A stretch of 64,000 bases of DNA from Halorussus marinus (lineage in GTDB: Archaea > Halobacteriota > Halobacteria > Halobacteriales > Haladaptataceae). How positions within the stretch are numbered: position 1 is the first letter of the stretch; each line of letters begins with the position of its first letter. A program made the translations under genes and the position numbers. Shown in pieces: positions 1 through 9,568 of this stretch. The stretch lies in contig NZ_SBIV01000004.1 in the NCBI RefSeq assembly GCF_004765795.1, positions 1-64,000 on the forward strand. The letters run 5' to 3'. The notes beneath the pieces are model-generated. The model ran no database searches. It was not told the origin of the DNA and saw only the letters and a list, made by a program, of their open reading frames with translations.

Positions 1-175
1 GGTGTCGCTTCTCGCTCCATAAACTCTAACTCGATCGAGTCGCTAGCTCCGTTGAGGCGGTCGATTTCTGGCATGGATCACTAGCAAATCGAACCGCCTC
101 ATCCTTCATCCTTATCTGAACAGTGCCCCGCCGACCTGCCCCAACCGCTAAGTCCGCGCTCGGCGAACCGACCGT

Positions 176-466
176 ATGGGAATCCTCGAACTACACTTCC
201 ACGACGCGGAGTTCAACTGGACGTTCGACGCCGGCGAATCGGAGGGACGGTTGCTCTCGGTGGGTCGCCGAGACCCCGAGACCGTCTCGGACGGCGGCAC
301 GGCCCGACCGCCGTCGATGGGCCAGAAGCTCCGGCTCGTCGGGGCGCTCGCGGCGGTCGTCGGGCTCGGCGTCGCGTTCAACCGTCTCCAGCGCCGCCGC
401 GCGCGCAAGGCGGCAGAGGCCGAGGAATCGTCGAGCCGGCGGTTCTCGCTGTCGCGCTCGAAGTGA
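176..466 (+). CDS. small membrane-anchored hypothetical protein
   Basis: 96-aa ATG ORF with one hydrophobic segment (LVGALAAVVGLGVAF) and a basic tail; its stop abuts the stop of the convergent gene. Confidence 0.7.
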   Translation: MGILELHFHDAEFNWTFDAGESEGRLLSVGRRDPETVSDGGTARPPSMGQKLRLVGALAAVVGLGVAFNRLQRRRARKAAEAEESSSRRFSLSRSK

Positions 467-1132
467 TCAGGCCGTCTCGGTCCCCCACGGACAGGTGACG
501 AGCGCCGCGCCGCCGGCCGGTGTCGGCGGCCTCGCGGTCGCGTCGCTTCTCGTCGTCGCGCCTGCCGTCCCGGTCGCGTCCGTCCCCGGTGTCGGCGACG
601 AAGCAGTTCCGGTAGCGTCGCCCACGATACAGTCGGCGAGATCGCGTCGCTCCGGGCCCTGACGGATCGCCTGCGTCGCGCCGGTTCGGACGTTCACGAC
701 CATCGCCTGCCCGCCGTAGCCGTGGGTCTGGTCGCGGCCCCGGACGACCGCGAGCGTCTCGTCGTCGGGGATTTCGACGGTCGTCGAGCGCGTGAACGGC
801 TCGGTGCCGTGGGCGTGCGACAGCTCGCGCGCGCCGAGTTCGGTGCCGTTCAGCGTTTCGACCACCCACCGGTCGGCGTAGCCGTCCTCGCCGTCGTCGT
901 CGTGGTACAGCGTGACGGCGAAGTCGTACGCGCCCGACTCGCGCTCTTTCTCTTCGAGGGTCACGTTCACGACGTTGGCCTCCCCGAGGTCGAGCGACTC
1001 GCCCGGAGTGGTGGGTTGGCCGCGCGCGCCGGCGTCTCGACTCGCCGTCGGGTTCTGGACGAGCCCGGCGGCCGCGACGCCCGCGACGGCGACGAGCGCG
1101 ACCAGCGCCAGCGCCTCGGTCCGGCGATCCAT
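467..1132 (-). CDS. secreted or membrane-anchored hypothetical protein
   Basis: N-terminal hydrophobic signal; acidic globular part (YHDDDGEDGYADRW, HAHGTEPFTRS); T/P-rich tail. Confidence 0.8.
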   Translation of the reverse strand: MDRRTEALALVALVAVAGVAAAGLVQNPTASRDAGARGQPTTPGESLDLGEANVVNVTLEEKERESGAYDFAVTLYHDDDGEDGYADRWVVETLNGTELGARELSHAHGTEPFTRSTTVEIPDDETLAVVRGRDQTHGYGGQAMVVNVRTGATQAIRQGPERRDLADCIVGDATGTASSPTPGTDATGTAGATTRSDATARPPTPAGGAALVTCPWGTETA

Positions 1133-1223
1133 AGCTTGAGTCCGGTACGCCGGCGACTCGGATATAGATTGCCCGACCGACGCCGCCGGTAGGCTTTTCG
1201 CCCGGTGGGTCGACGGACCGCCT

Positions 1224-1538
1224 ATGCGCTACTCGGTGTATCTCGTCGAGCACCCCGGCTCGCAGGGCGGCGAGCGCCAGGTCACCTCGCCGGTCGACGG
1301 GACCGGCCTCGACTTCTACGAGTCCGGGGTGTGGCTGACCCGCGAGAGCGGCCGGAACTTCTTCCCGTACGAGCAGATCCGGACCATCCGCGAGCACCGC
1401 GACGACGGATCCGAGAGCGGGGACGCCGCGAGCGAGAGCGACGATGAGGCGGACGGCGACGACGAGCGGACCGACGGCCGCGGCGAGGACGACGAGTCCG
1501 TCCGCGACGACGGCGCGGAGGAAGAACTGGTCGAGTGA
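1224..1538 (+). CDS. hypothetical protein with acidic tail
   Basis: 104-aa ATG ORF with haloarchaeal composition; TATA-like CTTTT upstream. Confidence 0.75.
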   Translation: MRYSVYLVEHPGSQGGERQVTSPVDGTGLDFYESGVWLTRESGRNFFPYEQIRTIREHRDDGSESGDAASESDDEADGDDERTDGRGEDDESVRDDGAEEELVE

Positions 1539-3269
1539 CTACGGCGCGAGTCCGACGACCTCGCGGTTCAGCACGTCGGCGTAGCCCGAGAACGAGAGTT
1601 TGAGCGCCGGGACGCCGGGGAACGTGAGCGTCTGGAGCGCGAGCATCGGCCGCTCGGGCGTCGCGCCGAGCCCCCGGACCGCGCTCTCGACCGCGTTGTA
1701 GAGCTTCGCGGTCTCCTCGACTTCGAGGTCCGAACAGACGCCGCCGACTCGGGTCGGGAGTTCCGCGACGACCTCGCCGTCGGCCACCACCGCCCAGCCG
1801 CCGCCCATCTCGGCGACGTGTTCGACCGCCGTCCGCATCGCGTCGTCGTGGGCCCCGACCGCGACCACGCCGGTCGTCTCCCAGGTGACGCTGGTGGCGA
1901 CCGCGCCGCGGTCGAGCCCGAAGCCGGTCAGAAAGCCCGTGAACGCCCGGCCGGGGGCGGCGTCGGGGTGGCGGTCGAACAGCGTCGCCTTCAGCACGTC
2001 GGCCGACGGATCCGCGAGGAGGCGGTCGCCATCGACCGGCGGGGAGACGGTGGTCTCGCTCGACAGCAACCCCCGCTCGTACTCGATAGCCCGGACCGCC
2101 CCGGCGTCGGCGACCTCGGCGGGCACCCGGAACTGCTCGGGGTCGGCCGAGACGTCGACGGCGTCGTAGAAGCGGTCGGGGTACTCGTGGGTCCGGGGCG
2201 CGACCTGCGACTCGCCTTTGTTGTAGACGATCTCGCCCCCGCTGAGGACCGTCGAGACGGTGACGGCTTCGAGGTCGTCGATGAGCACCACGTCCGCGAC
2301 GCTCCCCGGCGACAGCGACCCGACGCCGTCGAGCCCGAAGTGGCGCGCGGGGTTGAGCGTCGCCATCCGGAGCGCGTCGGCCGGTTCGACGCCCTCCTCG
2401 ATGGCGCGTCGGACCACCGCGTCCATGTATCCCTCGTCGATGAGGTCGCTGGGCCACATGCCGTCCGAGGACAGCGACAGCTCCGAGACGTCGACGTCGG
2501 AGGACGCCTCGCCGATCGCGCCGATGTCGTCGCGGATCGAGCCGTACCGCCCGATGGCGTGGACGCCGTTCTCGACGCGCTCGACGACGCCTTCGCCCGA
2601 GATCGCCTCGTGGTCGTCGTCGATGATCGAGGCGAACGCCGCGAGCTTCTCGTCCGAACAGCCTGCGGCGTGGCCAGAGACCGTCTTGCCCGCCTCGCGG
2701 GCGCGCTCGTAGAGCAGTTCGGCGGGCGTGTCCCGACCCACCGCGTGGATCCAGTCGGTCTCGCCGACCCCGACCACCCGATCGTCGTCGAGCAGGTCCG
2801 CCAGCGCCGCCGCGTCGGCGTCGTCGGCGCGCCGCGGCTCGAAGGTGTCGAGCAGGGGCTGGGGCGGGACGGTCACCCGGACCCGGACCGGGAGGTAGGC
2901 GGTAGCCGCGAGGAGCTGTTCGACCCCCTCGGCGCCGAACGCGGGCCCGTAGCCGGTGACCTCCGAGACCACCGTGGTCGTGCCGTGTTCGATCGCGTAG
3001 TGGTACGCGCTCTCGAACGTCTGGTGGAGGTCGAGGTGGGTGTGGGCGTCGACGAACCCGGGCGCGACCACGCGGCCGCTGGCGTTGATGCGGCGGGTCT
3101 CCTCGCCGACGACAGGGGCCGCGTCCTCGGGGAGGGCGGCGATCTTGTCGTCGACGATCGCCACGTCGCGGGCCTGGAACTCCCCGATCTCGGGCATGAA
3201 CACCCGACCGCCCGTGATGACCACGTCGGCGGTCCCGTCGCCGAGCGCGACCGGCTGGAGGTCGTTCAC
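1539..3269 (-). CDS. adenine deaminase-like amidohydrolase (divergent)
   Basis: PGFVDAHTH, DDHEA, MATLNPA and G.L.PG..AD motifs plus an Ade-type C-terminal domain; GTG start at 3269 overlaps the upstream TGA (GTGA). Confidence 0.85.
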   Translation of the reverse strand: MNDLQPVALGDGTADVVITGGRVFMPEIGEFQARDVAIVDDKIAALPEDAAPVVGEETRRINASGRVVAPGFVDAHTHLDLHQTFESAYHYAIEHGTTTVVSEVTGYGPAFGAEGVEQLLAATAYLPVRVRVTVPPQPLLDTFEPRRADDADAAALADLLDDDRVVGVGETDWIHAVGRDTPAELLYERAREAGKTVSGHAAGCSDEKLAAFASIIDDDHEAISGEGVVERVENGVHAIGRYGSIRDDIGAIGEASSDVDVSELSLSSDGMWPSDLIDEGYMDAVVRRAIEEGVEPADALRMATLNPARHFGLDGVGSLSPGSVADVVLIDDLEAVTVSTVLSGGEIVYNKGESQVAPRTHEYPDRFYDAVDVSADPEQFRVPAEVADAGAVRAIEYERGLLSSETTVSPPVDGDRLLADPSADVLKATLFDRHPDAAPGRAFTGFLTGFGLDRGAVATSVTWETTGVVAVGAHDDAMRTAVEHVAEMGGGWAVVADGEVVAELPTRVGGVCSDLEVEETAKLYNAVESAVRGLGATPERPMLALQTLTFPGVPALKLSFSGYADVLNREVVGLAP

Positions 3270-4222
3270 GACGAGACCTCCCACACCGCGACCCCGCCCT
3301 GCTCGCGGGACGCGATCTCGTCGCGGACCTCCAGCACGTCGAGGTGGCCGACCGCCTCGCTCATCGCCGGGAAGTACTCGGTGGCGGGCAGATCGTCGAA
3401 CAGTTCGTCCATCACTTCGACCGCGGTGATCGGCCCGGCGGCCGCGACGATCTCCCGGACGTTCTCGGTCCGGTCCTCGTGGGCCGCGAGGACCTCCTCG
3501 ATCCGGTCGGTGGGGTTCGCGATCTCCTCGCGGTGGCCCGGCAGGAGCCGGTCGAACTCCCGGTCTCGGAGGCGTTCGAGCGATCGATTGAACGCCGGGA
3601 GGACCCGCGGGCGCTCGCCGCCGGGCTCGACCGGCGGCTGGAGCAGGGGGTTTGGCGTGATGTCGGGCAGGACGTGGTCGCCGACGATCGCGCGCTCGCC
3701 CGACTCGGCGTCGTAGGTGAAGATCGTCTCGCCCCGCGCGTGGCCGTCGACCAGTTCGGCGGTGATCGCGGCGTTCTCGACGGCGACGGTGTCGCCGTCC
3801 GCCAGCGTTCGGTCGGTCTCGACGTCGGGGGCCGCCGTGAGATACGACTCGGGGAGGTCGGTGACCAGTTCGGCGGTCGAGGCCGCCATCCCGTGGCGCT
3901 CGAAGAACTCGACGAAGAACGATCGCTCGTACTCGAACCGCGCCTCGAAGTCCGCGATGATCTCGGCCGTGGCGGCGCTGGCGAGGACCCGTGCGCCGCT
4001 CTCGCGCAGGCGATGGGCCAGTCCGAAGTGGTCCGGGTGCGGGTGGGTGACGACCACCCGTTCGATGTCGGTCGGGCCGAGCCCGCGGGCTTCGAGGGCG
4101 TCGAGCAGGCTCGCCCACGCCTCTTCGCTTCCCGGTCCGGGGTCGACCAGCGTCCGTCCCGCGAGGTAGGCGTTGACGGGGCCGACCTGGAACGGCGTCG
4201 GTATCGAGAGCCGCGTGAACAT
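3266..4222 (-). CDS. MBL-fold metallo-hydrolase
   Basis: THPHPDHFG, GHA, VGDH and PGH motifs. Confidence 0.92.
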   Translation of the reverse strand: MFTRLSIPTPFQVGPVNAYLAGRTLVDPGPGSEEAWASLLDALEARGLGPTDIERVVVTHPHPDHFGLAHRLRESGARVLASAATAEIIADFEARFEYERSFFVEFFERHGMAASTAELVTDLPESYLTAAPDVETDRTLADGDTVAVENAAITAELVDGHARGETIFTYDAESGERAIVGDHVLPDITPNPLLQPPVEPGGERPRVLPAFNRSLERLRDREFDRLLPGHREEIANPTDRIEEVLAAHEDRTENVREIVAAAGPITAVEVMDELFDDLPATEYFPAMSEAVGHLDVLEVRDEIASREQGGVAVWEVSS

Positions 4223-4352
4223 ACGCCCACTGTGGCCGCCTGCCGATAAACCATTTTTGACACGGCGACGATCGACCGGCTCCGCCCGAAAGTCGACGCC
4301 GGGACAAAGTCGATATCTGTCCCTTACGTAAGAACAGAATTATGTGACACCG

Positions 4353-4586
4353 ATGAACAGGCACTTCCGAGACGCGCGATACTACGGGCGACCCACCGCC
4401 GAACACCTCTATCGGGGGCTACGGGCGGAACTCCGGCCGGTCGAGCGTCGACGTCGCGGCGCCACCGGCCGCGAACCGCGGGAACCGACCCGGGCCGGGC
4501 GGTGGCGCGCGAGGCTTCGAGCGACCGAATCGACGGCCGAACGCCGGGCCCGCCGCGCGGTCCGGCGGGTCCGCGAGCGCGTGTGA
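4353..4586 (+). CDS. small Arg-rich hypothetical protein
   Basis: ATG at 4353 (MNRHFRDARYY); resembles a recurrent haloarchaeal small-protein N-terminus, recalled rather than searched. Confidence 0.55.
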   Translation: MNRHFRDARYYGRPTAEHLYRGLRAELRPVERRRRGATGREPREPTRAGRWRARLRATESTAERRARRAVRRVRERV

Positions 4587-4634
4587 GTCCACGCCGTCGC
4601 GATCGGCGCCGATATTTCCGGCCGTAAAGTAAGC

Positions 4635-4641
4635 CTTAAGT
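4635..4641 (+). promoter_or_regulatory. TATA-like box of tRNA-Val
   Basis: CTTAAGT starting 27 nt before AGTG (4662) and 34 nt before the mature tRNA. Confidence 0.7.
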
Positions 4642-4668
4642 CCGGGAAGGGGGAAAGGCTGAGTGCGC

Positions 4669-4743
4669 GGGTTGGTAGTCTAGTCCGGTTATGACAGCTC
4701 CTTCACACGGAGCAGGTCGGCGGTTCGAATCCGCCCCAACCCA
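4669..4743 (+). tRNA. tRNA-Val (anticodon CAC)
   Basis: Acceptor stem GGGTTGG/CCAACCC; anticodon arm GCTCC-TTCACAC-GGAGC; T-arm GGTTCGAATCC. Confidence 0.97.
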
Positions 4744-4786
4744 CTCCTGCTTTCTCGATTGCCGAGCGCTCCGAGCCGGCTCGAAA

Positions 4787-5380
4787 CTACAGTTGATCTG
4801 TGAGGAACGACTCCACGACCTCGTAGTGTGCGTCCGGTTCCTCCCAGTAAGGCATGTGGCTACTCTCTTCGAAGACGTGGAGCGTCGAATCCGAGAGCCG
4901 ATCGGCGATGTCGCGGGCGATCGACGGCTCGATCTCGTCGTACTCGCCCGAGAGCACGAGCGTCGGCGTCTCGATCGCGGGGAGTCGATCGCGGACGTCC
5001 CAGTCGCGGAGCCGGGCCGTGTCCAAGAGGACGTACTCGTTGGGGCCCCACATGAGGCCGTAGACGTCGAGGTTGATCCGTTCGAACGTCGAGCGGACGG
5101 GAGCGGGGTACTCGTCGGTCCGACACACATGCGCCCGGTAGGCGCCGTCGAGTGCGGCATCGTATTCCGGGGCGCCGTACGCACGCTCGGCCTCGTGTGC
5201 CTCGATGGTCTCCCGGTCGTCTTCGGGGAGGTCCTCTAACACGCTCCGCATCGACTCGTACGCGGTCCGGGTGTCGGCTAACGTGTTGGCGAGCACCAGC
5301 GCGTCGACGTGGTCGCCGTATTCGAGCACGTACTCCTGGGCGAGCATGCCGCCCCACGACTGGCCGTAGACCGAAAACGA
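4787..5380 (-). pseudogene. proline iminopeptidase family hydrolase, 5'-truncated
   Basis: Retains GQSWGG, MWGPNE, GEYDE and SSHMP; homology stops just before the nucleophile motif, with no N-terminal HGGPG region. Confidence 0.8.
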
Positions 5381-5728
5381 CCCTCCGGGGTCGTCTTCAC
5401 CGTCATCCTCGGCGGATGGGCGGGGATCGGAGCGTCGTTCGGCCCGCTTCTCATCGCGTCGCTGTACTGGGAGCGACTCAACAAGTGGGGCGCGTACGCC
5501 GGGATGATCGTCGGGATGTCGACGGTCGCCTTCTGACTGTTTTTCGACGTCGGGATCGTGTACGAACTCGTTCCCGGGTTCGTCTTCTCGGCGGTCGCCA
5601 TCGTCGTGGTGAGTTTGGCGACCGGGGAGCCCCCCGAAGAAGTCAAACAGGAGTTTCAGGACGCGACGGGCGCTTCGGGCCTCCGGGTCGACGAAACCGA
5701 GGCCGTGGGCGCGTCCGGCGACGATTGA
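5381..5728 (+). pseudogene. sodium/proline symporter (PutP-like) C-terminal fragment
   Basis: WAGIGASFGPLL..LYW....WGAYAGMIVG, then an in-frame TGA (5534-5536), then YELVPGF..VSLATG to the stop at 5728; no 5' part. Confidence 0.8.
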
Positions 5729-5826
5729 CGGCGACGCGAGCCTCGCTTCCGGGCGTCCGAAGCGCCGCCGACCCGTCTTCGAGCCTCGCGGAGCCAGAGC
5801 GCCGATGCCCCCGTCGTAGCCGGTGT

Positions 5827-6258
5827 TTACGACCGAGCGGTCGCCGATCGAGTGGTGAGCGCGCTCACTACCCAGCCCCCGAGTCGACCGCACGCGAGGC
5901 CGAAAGTCGAGGCGAGAGCGACCACGAGGCCGCCGAACGCGACGAAAGTCCCGACTCCGGACGGGGACGGTATCCCCGTGGCGCCGATGGCGGAACTGAC
6001 CGTCGCCCTGACCGGCGCGAGCACCGCGACGAGTCCGGCGAGCAAGCCGGCGCGGAGTCCGGCGCCGCCGGCGTCGTTCGAACTGAGCGCGGCCGCGGCG
6101 CCCGCGATGAACGCGCCGAGGACCATGATCCCGCCCGCGACGTTCGCCTCGGCGTCCGGGAGTCTGTCCAGAAGAACGGTGAGGGGGATCGAGGCGAGTG
6201 CGCCGACGAGCGCGAACCGCCACGCGGGTGGGACGGCCCGAAGACGAGCGAGCGACAT
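5827..6258 (-). CDS. small membrane protein (DUF5518-like)
   Basis: About four hydrophobic segments with AGLRAGL and G..GR.GGW patterns; ATG at 6258. Confidence 0.75.
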   Translation of the reverse strand: MSLARLRAVPPAWRFALVGALASIPLTVLLDRLPDAEANVAGGIMVLGAFIAGAAAALSSNDAGGAGLRAGLLAGLVAVLAPVRATVSSAIGATGIPSPSGVGTFVAFGGLVVALASTFGLACGRLGGWVVSALTTRSATARS

Positions 6259-6417
6259 GCGTCTCCGAAGAGAGCCGAGATTCGGCATAAAGGCTTCGTC
6301 GACGTGAACCGGCCGCTCGTCGACCGACGCGGGTATCGCATCCCGGGGGTAGCTCCAGGAGTCGGTCGCGCGGGTCTCGAATGCGAGCGCGTGTTCGACG
6401 TGCGGTGAGACGATGAG

Positions 6418-7392
6418 CTACGAAGTCGTACTCGTCCTGTCGGCCGCCCACTCCGCGATATCCGCTTTCACCGTGAGTTCCCCACGAGTGAGGTACAGCC
6501 AGACCACCAGACAGACGCCCCCGACGAGTACTTTGCCGGCCGTCAGTTCGTACTGACTTACCGAATACGCGACCTGACCGAGAGCCGGTGTCCCCAGTGT
6601 CGCTTCGGTCGGTTGCAGTACGACCGCCGGCCAGAGGTTGTACCCGAGGTGGAGACCGAACGGGATCGCCAGCCGACCCGTCAGGACGTAGCCACCACCC
6701 CACAGGAGCCCCAACAGCGCACTCGTGATGACGAGTTGGAGGCTTCGTCCTTCGGTGCCACCGCCCCCTTGCACGATGACGTGGCTAACTCCGAACACCA
6801 GACTGCTGAACAGGAGAGCGAGCACGGCCGACCGATCTCGGGAGACGCCCCTAGCGCTCAGCCCTTCGGCGAAGTTCTTCAGCATCACACCGCGGAAAGC
6901 GAACTCCTCGAACGCGACCTGAAAGACAAAAGCCATCACGGTCACGGCGACCGCGAGCGCGATAACGCTGGGGGCGTCGGCCGGGAACGGAACGGGGGCG
7001 GTCAACTCGGCCTCTCCCAGTTGGAGGAGTAGGGCCGTCGGAACCGCGTACGTGAGTCCGCCGATACCGAGTCCGGCAACCCAGTCGGGGAAAGTGCCGA
7101 GGCCGTACGCCGAAATCGGCCGCTCGTCGAGTCGTGTCGCGAGCAGGACCACGAGAAGTAGTCCGAGGGCCGAGGCGACTCCGAAGAGCGCGCGGTCCGT
7201 TAACGAGATGGCAACGTCGCCGAGTTCAGAGAGGTCGAGTACACTCCGAATGGCCAACAGAATCGCGGTCAACACCAGCGGTTGCACTCCGAAACCAAGA
7301 CACCAAGGGGCGACTGCCCGCCACGTCGCTCTCACACGCGTATCCTCGTCACCGATCGTCACGCGGCGTAGCGCTCGGCTTAGGGATGACAT
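6418..7392 (-). CDS. CPBP (Abi/CAAX) family intramembrane protease
   Basis: EEFAFRG, FGVSH and HLGYN motifs; multiple TM helices; more A/T-ending codons than neighbours. Confidence 0.9.
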   Translation of the reverse strand: MSSLSRALRRVTIGDEDTRVRATWRAVAPWCLGFGVQPLVLTAILLAIRSVLDLSELGDVAISLTDRALFGVASALGLLLVVLLATRLDERPISAYGLGTFPDWVAGLGIGGLTYAVPTALLLQLGEAELTAPVPFPADAPSVIALAVAVTVMAFVFQVAFEEFAFRGVMLKNFAEGLSARGVSRDRSAVLALLFSSLVFGVSHVIVQGGGGTEGRSLQLVITSALLGLLWGGGYVLTGRLAIPFGLHLGYNLWPAVVLQPTEATLGTPALGQVAYSVSQYELTAGKVLVGGVCLVVWLYLTRGELTVKADIAEWAADRTSTTS

Positions 7393-7794
7393 AGCTAGTC
7401 GTGACACTGAGATCTAATATTATTTTATATATTTTTATTCTGGTATAGACTGGGATACAAACTGCCGGACGGTCGGACGCTCGCGACTCCCGGATCCCGA
7501 CGATCGAAATCGCGCCCCACCCAGATCAAGGGGCTGGCCCGAGTCCCGGAACGCCAGTCCCGACGGTCGTCTGGGCAGATCGGTTCCGATACTCGTCGTC
7601 TGGCCGCCGGACCCAAACGGCGGTACAAACGCCCGGAGTGGGCAATCGGCCCGTGTGTTCTACGTGGAAGTTAGATCGGACCGAACGATCGGATTTCAGG
7701 AAGCCGGTATACAGACGACCGGAAGCGGCTACATTTAAACCGCCGGATGAATCCGGGAACAGGTCCTCGCCGTCGGCGCGGCTACGATCGAGCA

Positions 7795-8679
7795 ATGACA
7801 GTGTCCGAGCCGTCCCGACGCCGAGCGCCGCCGGACGAACCGCGGACCGAGACCGTGTCGCTGGGGCCCGATCGTCACCTCGCCTACGCCGAGTACGGCT
7901 CGCCGGACGGCGACCCCGTCGTCTTCCTCCACGGGACGCCCGGGTCGCGCCGACTGGGAGCGCTCTTCGAGTCGACCGCCCGGGACTGTGGGGTCCGACT
8001 GCTCGCCCCCGACCGGCCGGGATGTGGCCGCTCGTCGCCGCGACCGGACCGCTCGGTCGGCGACGCCGCCGAGTTCCTCGTGCCCGTCCTCGACGACGCC
8101 GACGTCGAGACCGCGGAGTTGATCGCGTTCTCCGGTGGCGCCCCGTGCGGGCTGGCGGCGACCGCGACCCGCCCGGACCGGATCGACGCCGTCGACGTCG
8201 TCGCGGGCGCGACACCGCCCGGGTTCGGCGACCGGCCGCCCGCGGTGACGCGACTACTCACCGGAACCGCGACGACTGCACCGACCGTCCTCCGTGGTCT
8301 GTTCCGGTGGCAGGCGTGGCTCGCCGAGCGCCTCGACCCGTCGTTCGTGGTCGGGCAGTACACGACCGACGACGCCGAGGCGATCGACGACGCGACCGCC
8401 GAGATCGTGGCGGCCGACTTCCTCGAAGCGTTCGCCCGCCATCGCACCGGCGCAGTCACCGAGTTCCGGCACGCGGCGACCGACTGGGGCGTCGACTTCG
8501 AGGCGGTCGACGCGCCGGTGAGTCTGTGGCACGGCGAGCGCGACGAGAACGTCCCGATCGACGGCGCTCGGCGCCTCGAATCCGCGCTCCCGAACGCCCG
8601 ACTCCGGGCGCTCGACGACGCCGACCACCTCCGGACGCTCCTCCACAGCGTCCCGGAAATTCTGCGCGACCGCGAGTGA
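7795..8679 (+). CDS. alpha/beta fold hydrolase
   Basis: HGTPGS, PDRPG.G.S, AFSGG nucleophile, HGERDENVP and ADH. Confidence 0.9.
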   Translation: MTVSEPSRRRAPPDEPRTETVSLGPDRHLAYAEYGSPDGDPVVFLHGTPGSRRLGALFESTARDCGVRLLAPDRPGCGRSSPRPDRSVGDAAEFLVPVLDDADVETAELIAFSGGAPCGLAATATRPDRIDAVDVVAGATPPGFGDRPPAVTRLLTGTATTAPTVLRGLFRWQAWLAERLDPSFVVGQYTTDDAEAIDDATAEIVAADFLEAFARHRTGAVTEFRHAATDWGVDFEAVDAPVSLWHGERDENVPIDGARRLESALPNARLRALDDADHLRTLLHSVPEILRDRE

Positions 8680-8812
8680 TCGACGCCGTCTCGGCCGGAC
8701 GAGTCGGCGGTCGGCGGCCGAAGGGCGGTCGGCCGTTCGGAGACGGACGCCGCGAGCCGCCCGTCGACCACGGTGGTTGATGTGTCCCCCGGACGAACGC
8801 GAGCCAACGGCG

Positions 8813-9457
8813 ATGAAACGCATTCAGGTCGCGGCCAGCTACCCCGAGGGGCTCGTCCACCCGCTCCATCGGCAGGTCGTCGACGACGACGCGATCACGC
8901 GGGCCGAACTGCTGACGTGGAGCCCGACCGCGGACGCGACGACCCTGCTGTGGTGTGACGGCGACCGCGCGGCGACCGAGCGCGCCGTCGGCCGGATCGA
9001 CTCGGTCGTCGACAGCGCCGTCGTGGCGGACGCCGACGGGACCTACGCGTTCGTCCGGCAGGACGCCTACGAGTTCCCGGCCGCGCTCCTCGACGCCATC
9101 GCCGGCGCGCGAGTGGTGTTTCTCCCGCCGGTCGCGTTCCTCGAAACGGGCGAGGTCCGGTTCGAGGCGGTCGGCGAGGCGGCGGCGCTCAGCGCGCTCC
9201 ACGCGGAGCTCGCCGAGCTCGGGGACCTCACCATCGAACGAGCCACGGAGTTCGAGCGGACACGATCGGCCTCGCGGCTCACCGACCGCCAGCGGGCGGC
9301 CCTCGACGCCGCTGTCGCGGTCGGGTACTACGAACTGCCCCGGGAGGGGACGATCGCCGACGTGGCGGCCGTCCTCGAGTGCTCGACGAGCACGGCCGGA
9401 GAGCTGGTTCGGAAAGCCGAGGCGGCCGTCCTGTGCGATTACGTCGAGCGGCGATGA
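8813..9457 (+). CDS. Bat-type HTH-10 transcriptional regulator
   Basis: C-terminal LTDRQRAAL..A...GYYELPR....DVA..L..S.STAGE.VRKAE. Confidence 0.9.
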   Translation: MKRIQVAASYPEGLVHPLHRQVVDDDAITRAELLTWSPTADATTLLWCDGDRAATERAVGRIDSVVDSAVVADADGTYAFVRQDAYEFPAALLDAIAGARVVFLPPVAFLETGEVRFEAVGEAAALSALHAELAELGDLTIERATEFERTRSASRLTDRQRAALDAAVAVGYYELPREGTIADVAAVLECSTSTAGELVRKAEAAVLCDYVERR

Positions 9458-9568
9458 CGAGAGCGACCGATCGCGGCCGGCCGCTCGGGCCCCAATCGTG
9501 TCCCGCGGGTCGGCTCGGACGCCCTGCAAACAGTTAAGGTACGTCGTGTGCTATCATACACCGAACAG

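Noticed and set aside
1..20. Possible start of a minus-strand gene (MEREAT...) running off the window
   Set aside because: Only six codons are visible, which cannot support a call
1818..3716. Long antisense or alternative-frame ORFs (for example 1818-3716, 16940-18754, 33744-35660, 46822-49053, 51260-53494)
   Set aside because: Shadow ORFs of high-GC genes; Arg/Pro- or Val-rich, without motifs, and overlapping well-supported genes
3270..4406. N-terminal extension giving a 955-aa deaminase
   Set aside because: It overlaps the MBL gene in another frame; the real start is the GTG at 3269
5534..5536. TGA in the putP fragment as selenocysteine or readthrough
   Set aside because: The gene is already 5'-truncated and the codon is in a TM helix, where TGG to TGA decay is the simpler explanation
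5381..6703. 638-aa ORF as an intact peptidase
   Set aside because: Upstream of about 5380 the frame is antisense to the putP remnant or out of frame with the DUF5518-like gene, and has no hydrolase features
7504..7523. TCGAAATCGCGCCCCACCCA as an attR copy of the tRNA-Val 3' end
   Set aside because: Needs three indels in 20 nt, which is too weak in GC-rich DNA
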